Source: Eledone cirrhosa (taxonomy: Eukaryota). Taken from it: DNA of 64,000 nt. The translations under genes and the position numbers were made by a program. Shown here piece after piece: positions 27,945 through 42,156 of this stretch (the first letter of the stretch is position 1; every line of letters starts with the position of its first letter). The notes beneath the pieces were generated by a model. That model ran no database searches, was not told where the DNA came from, and saw only the letters and a program-made list of their open reading frames with translations. The stretch covers positions 55,800,001 through 55,864,000 of the forward strand of contig OZ024747.1 of NCBI GenBank assembly GCA_964016885.1, read 5' to 3'.

Positions 27945-30900
27945 AGCACTCCTCTTTGTTTCGTCCGCGGATGGCTAACATAACCCTATCTCCTCCCGCC
28001 CCCCACCACCCCCACCCTCCAAACGCAACCCAAAACTTCAGAGTTGGTACCATAAATGTAGGCACCCTAAAGGGTCGCGCTAACGAGGTTGTAGAAATGC
28101 TTGAACGTAAGGAGGTCGATGTTTGTTGTATTCAAGAGACCAGGTGGAGGGGTGGGTCTGCTAGATTCATTGAGGGTAAAAAACGATGTTATAAGCTTTT
28201 CTGGGTGGGAAACGACGATGGGCTGGGTGGAGTAGGAATCATGGTAGCAGAAAAGTGGGCAGATAAGATAATAGACGTAAATAGAGTGAACGACAGAATA
28301 ATTAAAATAAGACTTGTCCTCAATAGAACTACGGTGACAGTAATATCTGCGTACGCACCCCAATCCGGACTGCCCGGCACTATAAAAGACAGATTCTATG
28401 AGACACTGTTGCTAACTACCTCCCAAATATCTGACAGTGACTATATAATTATTGCAGGCGACCTAAATGGTCACGTTGGACAACATTGTGACGGCTATGA
28501 CGAAATCCATGGAGGCTATGGGTTTGGTACTAGAAATGAGGAAGGCTCCAGAATTCTGGAATACTGTGATGCAAATAACCTAACTATCTGTAACACTAAC
28601 TTCAAAAAACGTGACAATCACCTGATTACCTATAGATCCGGGGAACACACAAGCCAGGTAGATTATATCCTTACCAGAAGACGTGACAGAGTGTCTGTTG
28701 TAAACACTAAATCCCTCCCCCATGAAGAATGCACCTCCCAACATAGACTGATAATTAGCGACCTCATAGTCAGGACGAGACGCACCCGACAGCAGAAGAG
28801 GACTATCCTCAGGAGGAAAATATGGAAACTAAAAGACCCCACAGCCAGAAATAAATTTCAAAGCATATTACTTGATGCTTTCGACAGTAAGGAAGAGCAT
28901 CTAGAATCGGACAATATAGAGGGACAGTGGAAATTTCTGAAAGCTAACCTGCTGTTGGCGACAGACGAAGTCTGTGGCTGGAGCAGGCCTGTAGGCAGGA
29001 GGAGAGTAACATGGTGGTGGAACAGTAAGGTGGAGGGGTCAATTAAGGCCAAAAAGCAGGCTTGGAAAGTATGGCGGGATGGGGGAAGTAGAGTAGACTA
29101 TCAAGTGGCCAGGAGGGAAGCTAGGAGAGAAGTGTACTTAGCAAGAAGGGAAGCTGAGGAAAGAAAGTTCAAGCATGTTCTACAACGCGATGACCAAAAA
29201 CGTGAGGTGTTCAGGATTGCCAGGCAATGCGTCAAGGAAAACCGTGATATTGTCGGGGAGAAGTGTGTACTTAACGATGATGGCATACTTGCCATCACCG
29301 ACACTGATAAGAAGGTAGCTTGGAAGTGTCACTATGAAAGGCTACTAAATGAGGAGAATAAATGGGAGAAAGACAGTCTCCCCCATATCGACCCGATAGA
29401 GGGACCAGCAGTGTTAGTCGAGGGGAGTATAATAAGTAAGGCAATCAAGGATATGAAGACTGGTAAGGCGGCTGGGCCTTCGGAAATAGTTGCTGAGATG
29501 CTGAAGGCATCTGGCACGGTGGGACACACCATGGTCACCCGCATAGTTAACCAAGTCGTACAGAATGGGGTTGTTCCGAAGGACTGGCATAGCAGCATCA
29601 TCGTTAACTGTTATAAGGGTAAAGGAGACGCCCTAGATAGGAGTAACTATAGAGGCATTAAATTAATCGACCAGGTCATGAAGGTCACGGAAAAAGTAAT
29701 AGCGCAACTAATCAGAGAGAGAATTGATCTAGATGAAATGCAGTTCGGGTTTGTGTCAGGCAAAAGCACCACAGACGCTCTTTTCATAGTACGACAACTA
29801 CAGGAGAAGTACCTAGCTAAAGGTAAACCCCTCTACTTAGCTTTTGTCGACCTGGAGAAAGCCTTCGACAGAGTCCCCCGCTCCATTATCTGGTGGGCTC
29901 TTAGAAAACTAGGCGTTGACGAATGGCTTGTGAGGGCTATACAAGCCATGTATAAAGAAACAGTCAGCAAGGTTAGAATTAACAACGAATATAGTGAAGA
30001 GTTTAGCGTAAAAGTTGGCGTCCATCAGGGCTCTGTTCTCAGCCCCCTACTATTTATTATTGCCCTTCAGGCTATAACAGAGGAGTTCAAGACAGGCTGC
30101 CCATGGGAACTCCTATACGCAGACGACCTGACACTCATAGCGGAATCAATGGCCGAGCTAGAGAAGAAATTCCAAACATGGAAGCACGGCCTAGAGTCAA
30201 AAGGACTTAAAATTAACCTGGCTAAGACCAAAGTTCTAGTTTGTAGGAAAGAAAACAAGGCGGCGGTCCCTTCTGGGAAATGGTCGTGCTCGGTATGTAG
30301 GAAAGGCGTAGGTAGAAACTCCATCTTATGTCCTAAATGCAAAGTATGGGTGCATAAAAGATGTAGTGGGATCACAGGTAAGCTAACTAAGAACATAGAC
30401 TTTACATGTGGCCGGTGTTCTGGTGCAATAAGTAGCAGCAAGTGCCCACAAAATACTAGCTCTTTCAATTGCGCAGAGGGTTCTATAGAAATAGTGGACA
30501 GCTTCCGTTACCTGGGCGATAAAATCAGCAGTGGGGGAGGGTGCTCTGAAAGTACTGTAGCTAGAGTCAGAACTGGTTGGAAAAAGTTCAGAGAGCTTAT
30601 ACCACTATTAGCTGCTAAAGGGTTCTCCCTAAAAATGAAAGGCAGGTTGTACGATGCCTGCATACGAACAGCAATGTTGCATGGTAGTGAGACCTGGGCA
30701 TTGTGTGCAGAGGATATACGCAGACTAGAGAGGAACGAAGCTTGCATGCTCCGCTGGATGTGTAACAGTAATATACGTGAACGGCAAAGCATAAACGAAC
30801 TAAGGAAAAAATTAGAGATAAGAGGGATCAGATGTTGTTTACTCGAGAGAAGGCTGCGTTGGTATGGACACGTGATGCGCATGAAAGTCGATAGCTGTAT

Positions 30901-31440
30901 TACAAAGTGCAGGGCAATAAAGATAGACGGTAGCCACGGAATAGGCAGACCTAGAAAAACATGGGATGAGCTGATAAACTCCGACCTCACACACTTACAC
31001 CTCTCCAAGACAATGTCACTGGACCGTGACCTTTGGCGGTACTCAGTAACAGAGAAGACCCGCCTTGCCAGTAGGCATCTCTAACAAACTACACCCCGTC
31101 CCGCCACCACCCCCACCCCATCCACACCACCCCGTTCTATGTAAAGTTATGTTGGTGCCGCGCCATCCAGGCCGAAACAAATGAGATCGTGTAGGTGTCA
31201 CGACAAAAAAACACACAGTCCACGCTGTAATGTGGCCGTGTAGGCAACACGGTAAAAACCTCCCAGACCCACACTGTAAATGTGGTTGGTGTTAGGAAGG
31301 GCATCCAACTGTAGAAAACCTGCCAGACAGTCCTATGCGAGCAAGACAATCACTCTTGCCTCAAGTGGGACTACCCCCGTCCAAACCCATGCAAGCGTGG
31401 AACACGGACGTTAAACGTTGATGATGATGATGATGATGAT
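27941..31440 (+). mobile_element. Near full-length RTE-clade non-LTR retrotransposon
   Basis: About 30 nt of 5' sequence, one ORF, a ~340-nt 3' UTR and a (GAT)n tail. It is flanked by (TA)n. Confidence 0.95.
27971..31084 (+). CDS. RTE ORF: AP endonuclease, reverse transcriptase and PHD-like finger (1037 aa)
   Basis: APE motifs GTINVGT, IQETRW, SAYAPQ, GDLNGH, SQVDYIL and SQHRL. RT motifs [28 protein letters not shown] and FRYLG. There are no stops. The first genuine ATG is at 27971; the track's longer 27734 start lies in microsatellite. Confidence 0.95.
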   Translation: MANITLSPPAPHHPHPPNATQNFRVGTINVGTLKGRANEVVEMLERKEVDVCCIQETRWRGGSARFIEGKKRCYKLFWVGNDDGLGGVGIMVAEKWADKIIDVNRVNDRIIKIRLVLNRTTVTVISAYAPQSGLPGTIKDRFYETLLLTTSQISDSDYIIIAGDLNGHVGQHCDGYDEIHGGYGFGTRNEEGSRILEYCDANNLTICNTNFKKRDNHLITYRSGEHTSQVDYILTRRRDRVSVVNTKSLPHEECTSQHRLIISDLIVRTRRTRQQKRTILRRKIWKLKDPTARNKFQSILLDAFDSKEEHLESDNIEGQWKFLKANLLLATDEVCGWSRPVGRRRVTWWWNSKVEGSIKAKKQAWKVWRDGGSRVDYQVARREARREVYLARREAEERKFKHVLQRDDQKREVFRIARQCVKENRDIVGEKCVLNDDGILAITDTDKKVAWKCHYERLLNEENKWEKDSLPHIDPIEGPAVLVEGSIISKAIKDMKTGKAAGPSEIVAEMLKASGTVGHTMVTRIVNQVVQNGVVPKDWHSSIIVNCYKGKGDALDRSNYRGIKLIDQVMKVTEKVIAQLIRERIDLDEMQFGFVSGKSTTDALFIVRQLQEKYLAKGKPLYLAFVDLEKAFDRVPRSIIWWALRKLGVDEWLVRAIQAMYKETVSKVRINNEYSEEFSVKVGVHQGSVLSPLLFIIALQAITEEFKTGCPWELLYADDLTLIAESMAELEKKFQTWKHGLESKGLKINLAKTKVLVCRKENKAAVPSGKWSCSVCRKGVGRNSILCPKCKVWVHKRCSGITGKLTKNIDFTCGRCSGAISSSKCPQNTSSFNCAEGSIEIVDSFRYLGDKISSGGGCSESTVARVRTGWKKFRELIPLLAAKGFSLKMKGRLYDACIRTAMLHGSETWALCAEDIRRLERNEACMLRWMCNSNIRERQSINELRKKLEIRGIRCCLLERRLRWYGHVMRMKVDSCITKCRAIKIDGSHGIGRPRKTWDELINSDLTHLHLSKTMSLDRDLWRYSVTEKTRLASRHL

Positions 31441-31803
31441 ATATATATATATATGTGTGTGTGTGTGTAGCTTATGTTCTTCCAATGCTGCCATTTTTCT
31501 CTTTCATGTTTTTAACTTTTTATTTTATTTTTGTCTTTGTGCGATATTTTTGTATTTTTCTTTTAATTTTTGAAAGAGTTTTTATTTCTCCACATTTTTT
31601 GTGTGTGGGATGGGGGAGGTTTTGTGATTTTTCAGTTTTTTTTATTGTTATTCTCCCTCTTCCCACACACTTACAATCATCATCATCATTATATATATAT
31701 ATATATTATGTATGTTCTGCACTCTTTATCTCTTGTCTTTTATCCCCCACCTCTATATTTCATTCCCTTACAACACCCACTCACATATATGTAAATAGGT
31801 GCG

Positions 31804-31877
<74 letters not shown>

Positions 31878-32179
31878 ATGTATATAAAAGTATGTATTTA
31901 TGTATATAATGTATGTACATAAAAGTATGTATATATGTATGTATATATATATGCATGTATATAAAAGTATGTATGTACGTATATATATATATATATATAT
32001 ACATATGAATGTATGTATATGTATTTATGTTCATATATGTATAATTTGATCTCTCTTGCATTCTTTTCCATTTCCCTCCACCATCTCTCTCTCTCACCAT
32101 ATTTTTTTATTTCTTAATTTTCCCTTTTGTCTAAAGATGCTAATCTTTGGACACCAAAACTACAAACAACTCCCCCCCC

Positions 32180-32635
32180 CTCCCTACCCTATACCACCAC
32201 CATCAGTAAGACCAGCCCCCCCCCCTATCACCACTATCAGAATGACCACCACCATCACCACTGCATCTTGCACTCCTCATCCTACCAGCACTACCACCAC
32301 CATTATCACCCCTATCAGATGACCACCACCACCACCACCATGGAGCCATGCACACCATCTACTCCTACCAGCACTACCACCAACACTATCACCAACCTTT
32401 CCACTCCCACCACCATTATCACCACTATCAGAATGACCACCACCACCACCACCATGGAGCCATGCACTCCATCTAATCCTACCAGCACTACCACCAACAC
32501 TATCACCAACCTTTCCACTCCCACCATCACCACCACCACCATTATCACCACTATCAGAATGACCACCTCCACCACCACCATGGAGCCATGCTCTCCATCT
32601 AATTCTACCAGCACAACCACCAGCACTATCAGCAT

Positions 32636-32667
<32 letters not shown>

Positions 32668-32790
32668 CCACCACATGCACTGCCTCTAACACCACTACAC
32701 CCACTATCACCAAACTTTCCAATCCCACCACCACCACCACCACCACCACCACCACCACCACCACTTCCACCATCATCATCACTATCCAAT
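32180..32790. repeat. ACC-rich minisatellite with ~115-125-bp units repeated about three times
   Basis: Repeated ACCATGGAGCCATGCAC..CCTACCAGCACTACCACCAACACTATCACCAACCTTTCC..CTATCAGAATGACC. Confidence 0.8.
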
Positions 32791-33033
32791 GAATTAAATA
32801 CAAAAGATGACTCTGTTGGCATTAGAATCTTCTAAGTTTTTAAGAAACAACAAAGCCAACAACAAGAACAACAACAACAACAATAACTTACGAATATAAT
32901 CAAACAAAAGACAAAATAAGAAGGAAAGAAGAATTAATATGTATTTATACATACATATGTAGATATACAGATAGAGATATATAAAAAAAATGGTATGCAC
33001 AAATTCACAGACACACACTTATCTCTCTCTCTA

Positions 33034-33088
<55 letters not shown>

Positions 33089-33226
33089 ATATATTGATAT
33101 ATACATATATATGTATGTATCTTGTATATAAGTATGTATATATATATATATGTAATGTATACATGTATGTATATATAATGTATATATGTATATGTAAATA
33201 TGTATATATATTTCTATATATATATA

Positions 33227-33289
<63 letters not shown>

Positions 33290-33292
33290 ATG

Positions 33293-33337
<45 letters not shown>

Positions 33338-36300
33338 GAGAGAGAGAGGAAAAGATAGATAAGTGAACAAAGCTATACACAAATAAAATATATATACAAA
33401 CATAATATGGTGATAGATAGATGATAAATAGATAAGTGAATCTAAAACTATAAAGAAATAAGAATATAAATATATTATTAAATCTATTATCAATTTGTCG
33501 AACTGCCATACTTGGCTTCTCTCTGTATGTGACAGATCTGACTGATAGATTTCCTAATGAGATTTCTAAAAGTTAGTCTTTTACCTAACCAAAACTAATT
33601 CTCAGACTATTTGCATCATATTCATATTTCTGTTATTAATGTTAGAAATTATATGAAGAGAGAGAGAGTGCTCTGCTGTCAATGTGGCAATGTTTATTAT
33701 TAATTTTCCAGTAATATATTTTGTGTGCTCAATTGAGAGTATGGGTTCAGTTCACTGTTGAACTACTTAGCTTTGTTGTTTTTTTGTTGTTTTTTGAGCC
33801 TGGATTGCAAGATCAGATTAGTGTTGCTGCATATGTTTGTACAAATCTATAAAATGGAAATTGTTGTTGGTGTTGTTTAGCCAATTTCAGCACTGATTGA
33901 TTGAGGATGGAATTTGAACTCGGTATACATAGAGACATATCAAATGCTGCCAGGAGTTGTAACTGGCTGATATTATCAGTTATGGAAAGACCAGTAGAAA
34001 CATTATTTCATTGTTCTGATCTGATGATTGGTTCCTTTCTTCTTTCTTGTTTTTTTTTATGTTGAAAGAGATTTATAATCAGCAGTGTTCCAGCTGTGAC
34101 CATCTCATCTGCTTTTCAGCCAGAGCATACAGCTGCAAAAATAAAAATTAAATTAAAATACAATAACACTCTAAGAAGGAAGCAAAAATGCAGGAGATAT
34201 GGGCCCTTACAAGCTGCAGTAGAGCGGCAGCCCATTTAGTAGAGCAATTACTTTGAGGAAAATCTCATACAGGGTAGAACAAATAAAACAGAGTTTTTAG
34301 AACAGCAGACAGAATAGATTGAAGAATTTATTCCAGATCCTTGTATTCTGATTTCAAATCTTAGTGATGTCAATTTTACCTTTCATCCAATCAGGATCTT
34401 AAGACAGCAAAATTAGCAGAGTATTTAGGATGTTGGACTAAATATGTTTGAAGTATTATTCTAATTCACTTTGCTCTGAGCTCAAATCCCACTGAAGTTA
34501 ACTTTGCTCTTTATCCTTTTGAGACCAGACTCCATCAAGAGTTAAGCCATTACCCTCCCCATGGAGTGTCAAACAAGACACCCAAACGTATCTATACCAT
34601 TTATTTGACTTTTGAGTGATAGATTTAACTTGATACTGACAGTGGTTCTTGTAAAAATTAAAATATTCTGCATTAGTTAGGTAATGAACAATTTAGAATA
34701 ATTTACTAAAATTATTATTTCATTATTATGATGGCATTTGCGTCATAACAAAGATTTATTCTAGTAAATTATGTTAGGTCTAAGTTCAAATAAAACTCCT
34801 TGAAATGGGCAATCTTGTATCATAGAACTGGGGATGGATTTTAGTGGTTTGATGTCAAGAGTTAATCTATTTCCCAATATATAACCACCACCTGGTCTTG
34901 ATCCTTGACTTCCTGGCTAGGTCTGAAGTTTGAGAGTAACATCTTCCTATCATTCTACCAATGTCCCAGTATATAACCACCACCTGGTCTGATCTTTGAC
35001 TTCCTGGTTAGGTCTGAGGTTTGTTAGTAACTTCCCTTTATTGTTCTACAGTGTCAGAAGCTTACCAAAATATAAGGTCATATAATGGTTTGGGTGTCAC
35101 CCTTCCTTGCCTGACTAAATAGTACAAAAGAAAATAAGAGACTAGTGGAAGTGGAGGAAGACATTCTTAAACAAGAGACCTGACCCAACTGCTTGCAACA
35201 ACGTTGACTCAACTAAAAGAACCAAAAGGTCAGGTGGTGGTGTGAAACCAGCAGACAAATTAAGTCTACTGTAAAAATAAGGCAGAGCAGGTTTTGAATG
35301 CAAAGAGACAGAAAAAAGCCACAAGGTGTTCTGCTTAACTTTAATGATCCCACTGCCACCTTTCCAGATTGTACAATCTGTTCAACGATTCTTTCCTGAG
35401 ACCTTCTAAGCACATGCCCATAATATTGGAAAACTGTGATCTCTCAAATCAGAGAAGTAATGGCTCTACCTGGAGTGACTCTCTGATCTCCAAGCTATGC
35501 ATTTGTTAATGTAATATTGGTAGTGATAGTAGTGCTAGTTAATGGTGATAGTTATATTTGTGATGGTAATAGTAGTAGGGGTAGTGGTGGTGGTCATATT
35601 ATCATTTTTTGTAATGAGGTGGGGTTAGCAATGGTGTGTATTGTGTTAGTAGATTTTGCAATGTGTATGTGAGGGAGTATGTTAGTGATGTTTGTAATGA
35701 CTATCGTGTTATTAGTGTTGGTGGTGGTGTTGTTGTTAGCCGTGATAGTGATGAGGTTATCTGAGATAGTGATGGTGTTGGTAGTGGTGTTGTTATTAGT
35801 AGAGGTGATGTTGGTGGTGGTGATTTTAGCAGTAATGGTTTTGTTAGTGGTGGCAATGGTGTTAGCAGTAATAGTGGTGTTGATGTTGGTGGTGGTGAGT
35901 TTAGCAGTGTAGGTGGTAGTTGTGGCAGTGATGGGATAATGAACCATATTTTCTATATCAATCACATTCTCTTTTGTTTACCATATATAATGTTGGTTTC
36001 TGGTGTCAACATTTCATTTAATAATTGGATTGAACAAAACATTTCTTCTCTTATTACTTAGACCAGACATTTTTCTATTATAATTTCCATTTATTTATTC
36101 ATTTGCATTAAAAAAAACCCACAGGAATAATAATATTAATAATAATTGTTTCTACTTTAGGCACAAAGCCAGCCATTTTGGGGGTAGGGGAAAATCGAAT
36201 GAATCGACCACAGTGTATTACTGGTAGTTTATTTTATTGACCCTGTAAGGTTGAAAGGCAAAGCTAACCTCAGCAGGATTTGAATGCAGAACATAAAGGG

Positions 36301-37618
36301 CCACAACACTATGTAGCAAAGCATATTGTCTGAAATAATAATAATAATAATTAATAATAATATTATTGTTTCTAGAGTTGTCACAAAACCAGCAATTTGA
36401 AGGAGAGGAGAAAGTGATTAAATGTGACCCCAGTCCTTAATTGTATTGACAGACAGAAACATGAAAAGCAAAGTTAATCTCTAACGAGACTTGAACCTGA
36501 GATGTAAAGAGCCAAAACAAATGCCACAAAGTATGTTGTCAAATGCCCTAATGGTTTCTGATTTAGGCACAAGGCCAGTAATTTTTTTAGGAGAGGGCAA
36601 AGTCAATTGAATCGACCCCAGTGCTAAACCGGTGCTTTACTTTATCAAACCCCGTAAGGATTTGAATTCACTAATGTTAGCTTTGCCTTTCCTCCTTACA
36701 GGATTGATAAAATAAAGTCCCAGTAATGCACTGGGGTTGATTTAATTGACTTTCATCTCCCCACAATAAAGATAATAATAAATGTGTAGGGTATAAAAAT
36801 AAACAATGTAAAATGCTTAAAATATTATAAGATGAAAGGGTGGTGGATTGGTCGTATTGGTCAACATGCTTTCATTCATTTTCATTTCATTTTATGTCTG
36901 CTTTTTCCCTGCTTGCAAGGGTGGGACGGGAACTGATTTTGGCTTGATTTCTACAGCTGGATGCCCTTCCTAACACCAACCAATGCTTTACGGCATAGAA
37001 TTATGGTTCTTTACATTCTGAGCTCAAATCCTGCTGAGGCTAGCTTTTCTTTCCATCCTTACAGGCGTCGATAAAATAAAGAACCAATGCTGGCATTGTG
37101 CCTAATATAGAAACAATTATTATGAGATGATAGAAAGTAGATTTATAATTATTTTTAATAGAAATAAGGAAACAAAAGTGTTAATGATTATGTGTATGAA
37201 AAAACCCTTCCCTCATAATTTTATACAAGAAGCTTTGTTAAGTCATGCTTTAAGTACCAGCCTAATAATGAGAAAGTTAGTTATATTACTAAATACCACC
37301 AAATATTTGATTATTTTCAAAATTATTTGGGTATTCAAGGCAGCGTTTTCATTAGAAATATGGAAAGGTAAGGGTTAAAAGGCTTGTTTTTGTTTATTGT
37401 ATACAATTTGATTGCACTCCTAATTGATACTGATCAATGAATTTGGCAATATATTGAGGGGAAAACAAGAAAAAATAAACAACAATGAATATTATGAATA
37501 AATCAATAAATCATAGAACTACATATACATATTGGAAGGAATATCTATTACATATATATATATACATATCTCCATATATATATATGTATATATATATATG
37601 TGTACACACATATATATA

Positions 37619-38020
37619 TCATCATCATCATCATCATCGTTTAACGTCCATCTTCCACGCTTGCATGGGTTTGGACAGGAGTTTTCCCACTTGAGGCAAG
37701 ATTGGTTGTCTTGCTCGTATAGGACTGTCTGGCGGGTTTTCTACGGCTGGATGCCCTTCCTAACACCAGCCACGTTTACAGTGTGGACTGGGAGGTTTTT
37801 ACTGTGTTACCTACACTGCCACATTACAGCCTGGACTGTGTGTTTTTTTTTTCGTGACACCTACACGACCTCATTTATTTCGGAATGGATGTTGTGGTAC
37901 CAACATAACTTTACATCGAAAGGGGTGGTGTGGATGGGGTGGTGGTGGTGTGGGGTGTGTGGGGGGGGGGGGTTTATATTTTTGTTAGAGGTGCCTACTG
38001 ACTGTAGGTTTCGCTTTGTA
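37619..38020 (-). mobile_element. RTE 3' UTR fragment (subfamily of 15994-16578)
   Basis: Reverse complement of the RTE 3' UTR with a (GAT)n tail, flanked by (TA)n. Confidence 0.8.
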
Positions 38021-39095
38021 CTATATATATATATATATATATATAATAAATTTGAAGACTAAAATCCAAAGAGGGCTCGATAAGGATAAGTATATATATA
38101 TACACATGTGTCTATATATCTGTGTGGGTGTGTATGTATATGTGTGTACATATGTATGTGTGTGTGTGTGTGTATATTTATATATATATATGTGTGTGTG
38201 GGTGTGTATGTATATATATGTAAGTATGTGAGTGTATATACAAAGAACTTGTCCAACCATTGGTCATAAAACATTTTGTCTTGATGTCATATATATAAAA
38301 ATGAAGAGGGGTAATGTTGGTGAAGGTAGTGTTAGTGATAAAAGTGAAGGTGATGGTGGTGATGGTGGTAGTAGTGATGTTGTTAGTGATGATGATGATG
38401 AAAATAGTGCTGCTGATGATGATGATGATGATGACAACATTAATAAAGGTGATGATGGTGGTGGAAGTCATGGTGAGGTTGTTAGGGATGTTGTTAGGGA
38501 TGTTGTTAGTGATGATGATGATGATGAAAATAGTGTGGTTGGTGCTGCTGATGGTGATATTGATGAAAATACTGATGGAGGAAGTGAGGATGATGATAAT
38601 GATGATGATGCTAATGATGATGCCAACCACAACAACAACAACAACATGAATAAAAACAAAAGCAACTATCATGATAAGAATAGTAAATATTGAGTCACTA
38701 GATGATGATGATGATTATGATGAAAAACAATAATGATGTTTATGATGAAGATGATGATAAATGATAATGATGATGATGATGGTGATAAAATATACATATC
38801 TCTTCAAATATACCATACCTGTCATAAATAATTCAATGTACAAATTCATATACATGTACATATTTATAGGTATGAACATTTGTGTGTGTATAAATATATG
38901 TATATATATATATATATATATACACAAACATAAAAAAAACACGTATATACCCTCCCTTCATGCAGACAGACTGTCACCCACACACAAACACAGATATAAA
39001 CCAGAGTGAAAAATGAAGATGAAATATAACATGGAAAAATAAAAATAAAAGACAAATTAATAAATGAGAAACAATAAAAATAGTAATTTACTGTG

Positions 39096-39144
<49 letters not shown>

Positions 39145-39268
39145 CAACATGACCCTCCCAAAGCATATATATATATATCTATATATATACAGACATACAT
39201 ACATACACATAGATAATATATATATACATACATACATATATACATATACATATATTTCCATATATATA

Positions 39269-39304
<36 letters not shown>

Positions 39305-40587
39305 ACATAAACATATTTCTGAAATAAAATAGCATAATAATAATTTCATGAAAATATACAAAAAAATAGAACAAAACCAGAAAAAAAAAAACAAAGGAAG
39401 AAAGCCAAAAAAAAAAAAAAAAAAAAATCAAACAAAAATCCAAAAATATGTAGTCACAACTGATAATTCCTTGATAAGATGGAAAGCATATCGCCCCCAC
39501 AAATGATGAGAAACTGTGATAGGTTGGAGGGAGAGACACCCTATGTCTCTCTAGAAATGATGATTTAAATAAAGTGTTTGGACATTACACAGTGTATGTT
39601 TTTAATGTAGGTGTGGCTAACTGACTTGCTGTGCGGGAGGGTGTGGCTTGGTGGTTCAGAGAGTCGGGTTCTAGTTTGGTTTGGTTTAAGCGACATTATA
39701 TAAACCAACTGTTTCATCAGAAAATGAACTCTCAGATATTATAATTATTCAATCATACATTTTGCTTTTTTTTATTTTCTTTCATTTTATCATTATTATT
39801 ATTATATTAAGGGTTGACTTTGCCTTTCATCCTTACGGGGTTGATAAAATAAAGTACCAGTAATGCACTGGGTAATTTCTGGCCTTGTGCCTAAAGTAAT
39901 TATTATTATATTAAGGGTGGGGTATTGGCAGAATTGGTAGAATGTCAGACACCCTGCTTTCCGGCATATAGTAATTGCCCTTTATTTTCTGGGTTCAAAT
40001 CCTGCCAAGGTTAGTTTTACTTTTCATCCTTATGGTGTCAATAAAATAAAGTACCAGTCATGCACTAGGGTTGATTTAATCGACTTTCCCCCTCCACAAA
40101 AATTGCTGGCCTTGTGCCTAAATCAGAAACCATTATTATTCAATCATAAAGATTGCCATGCCGCCTTCCTTTAACAGGGAAGTGTGAGAAACTTTCCTGT
40201 CTTGTGGCTAGGGTGAAAGAGGTAGTGTGGTGGGTAAGACTGGAAGGTCTAAAGAGAGTGTTATTCCTCTTTAATCAAATTCTCATTGGCTTTCCCAAGC
40301 TACATTAGGATAGGAAAGTAAGAGGGGAGAAAGAGGTGCTCTCCTTCAATACATTTACAAAAAGATGGCTTAAAGTAGCAAAAATGGTGAGAGTGAATTG
40401 GACTACACTCAGCTTCTGCCTGTAGGTTGAACAAGATTGGTTGGGGAAGGGCAATAACAACAATAATTACAACACTTTATTAGTTAGTAATAACAACACT
40501 GTAATAGTTGGCAATAGCAACAATAACAAAATCACTATTAGTTAGCAATAAAAACATCACTGTAATAATTTGCAATAACAACATGGA

Positions 40588-40925
40588 CGCACATGGCTTA
40601 GTGGTTAGAGCATTGGCCTTGCAATCGAAAGGTTGTGAGTTCAATTCTCAGACCGGATGATGTGTTGTTTCTTTGAGCAAGACACTTTATTTCACATTGC
40701 TCCAGTTTACTCAGCTGTAGAAATGAGATGATAGGGACTGGGGTCCATATCATTACACTGCAAAGTGGTCGTGGAGGTGCCACGGCAAAAAAAGCACCCA
40801 GCACTCACTGTAAATGAGGTTGGTGTTAGGAAGGGCATCCAGCTGTAGAAATCAAGCCAGAATCAGTTCCCATCCCACCGTTGCAAGCAGGGAAAAGCGG
40901 ACGTAAAATGATGATGATGATGATG
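40588..40925 (+). mobile_element. tRNA-derived CORE-like SINE with RTE-derived 3' tail
   Basis: Box A TGGCTTAGTGG and box B GAGTTCAATTC. The centre TTTGAGCAAGACACTT..CTCAGCTGTAGAAATGAG is CORE-like. The tail GTTGGTGTTAGGAAGGGCATCCAGCTGTAGAAA..GGACGTAAAA(TGA)n is shared with the RTE 3' UTRs. Confidence 0.8.
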
Positions 40926-41301
40926 AACAACAGTGTATTAGTTAGCAATGACAACAGTAACAACAACACTAATAGTTAGCAATGACAACAGTAACAACAA
41001 CAACACTATTAGTTAGCAATAACAACAATAACACTACAAAAGTTAACAATTACGATAACAATAACAGTAAGAACACTGTAAAAGTTAGCAATGATAACAA
41101 CACCAACAAGAAAAACAAGGGAAAACCTCTCACTCCCATCTGAAAAACGTAGAATATTTATGCTGTGAAATAAAACAGCCAAATACATATAATATTTACA
41201 TACATATGTATTTATATATACAGACACATGTGTGTGCATGTGTTTATATATGTATGTTTATGTGATTTATCATCATTTAATGTTCATTTTCTCCTAGTAA
41301 G

Positions 41302-41332
<31 letters not shown>

Positions 41333-41413
41333 CAAATAACGAAACGAAATTAAATTAACTATTCATATGCATACTAGTATTTCAGTATACATATGTGGAT
41401 GTACATTTTTAAC

Positions 41414-41450
<37 letters not shown>

Positions 41451-41451
<1 letters not shown>

Positions 41452-42108
41452 CATAAAAGAGAAAACACAGGTAAGCATTAAGAGAAGGATTTTATCCAGG
41501 TATTTACGACCGTTTCATTGGTAAGTGCAACCTTATATTGCTATACTGCAAATAGCAGCCACTCAATTATAATTGTTGTTCACAGTCCAAATTTTCAAAA
41601 TAGTAAGTTACTCTTGAAATAATTTTTAATATATAGAGAAAAACATTTATTTGGAATTGTATTTACTAGTATATAGAGAGAGGAATCAGAAGGTGAGGGG
41701 GACAAACGGAATAGTATAGAGAGAGAGGAAGGGGGAAGAGGTAGGAAGTAGAGTGACAAACTGTATGGAGGGAGGGGTGGAGGTAGAAGGATTCCTTGGT
41801 CAGTTTTGATAGCAGACTTCATGTCGTGGAATGTAGTGAGTTAAAGAGAATTAAATTGATCATAGTGGGAGGGATGGATAGAGAGGGAGAGAGAGGGGGG
41901 AGATATAAAGAGATCAATGTATATATATTGTTATATTTGGGGAGGGTCATATTTGCGTAATATTGCCAGAATTAATAACAGAACACACTCACTGTTTGGT
42001 TGGTTTTCGCTTCTCGCTGTCTTTTATATATATATATCTGCGATCTAACTTACTCGGTCCTCAATGTTGCCATTGACTGACCGGCGGTCAAAAAACCTCG
42101 CAAAACTA

Positions 42109-42156
<48 letters not shown>

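Noticed and set aside
27734-27970. N-terminal extension of the 1116-aa ORF
   Set aside because: It lies in the TA microsatellite and the short 5' leader. The plausible start is the ATG at 27971.
19204-27983. Long Ile/Tyr-rich ORFs of 300-450 aa
   Set aside because: They are translations of (TA)n arrays, which lack stop codons in some frames.
32127-32822. Thr-rich and Gly-rich ORFs on both strands
   Set aside because: They are explained by an ACC minisatellite open in several frames. A mucin exon cannot be excluded, but nothing supports it.
38232-38693. Asp/Gly-rich and Met/Val-rich ORFs
   Set aside because: They are (GAT)n/(GGT)n low-complexity sequence.
39695-39742. CTGAGAG..CTGATGAAACAGTTGG on the minus strand resembling a hammerhead
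   Set aside because: Core spacing and the cleavage triplet do not fit, and there is no PLE context.
40588-40660. tRNA-like box A and box B sequences (also near 7630, 10200 and 58750)
   Set aside because: These are SINE heads with no complete cloverleaf, so they are not called as tRNA genes.
41500-41580. Possible hammerhead on the minus strand (GAAACGGTC) at a PLE 3' end
   Set aside because: There is no intact CUGANGA upstream and stem I is unconvincing.
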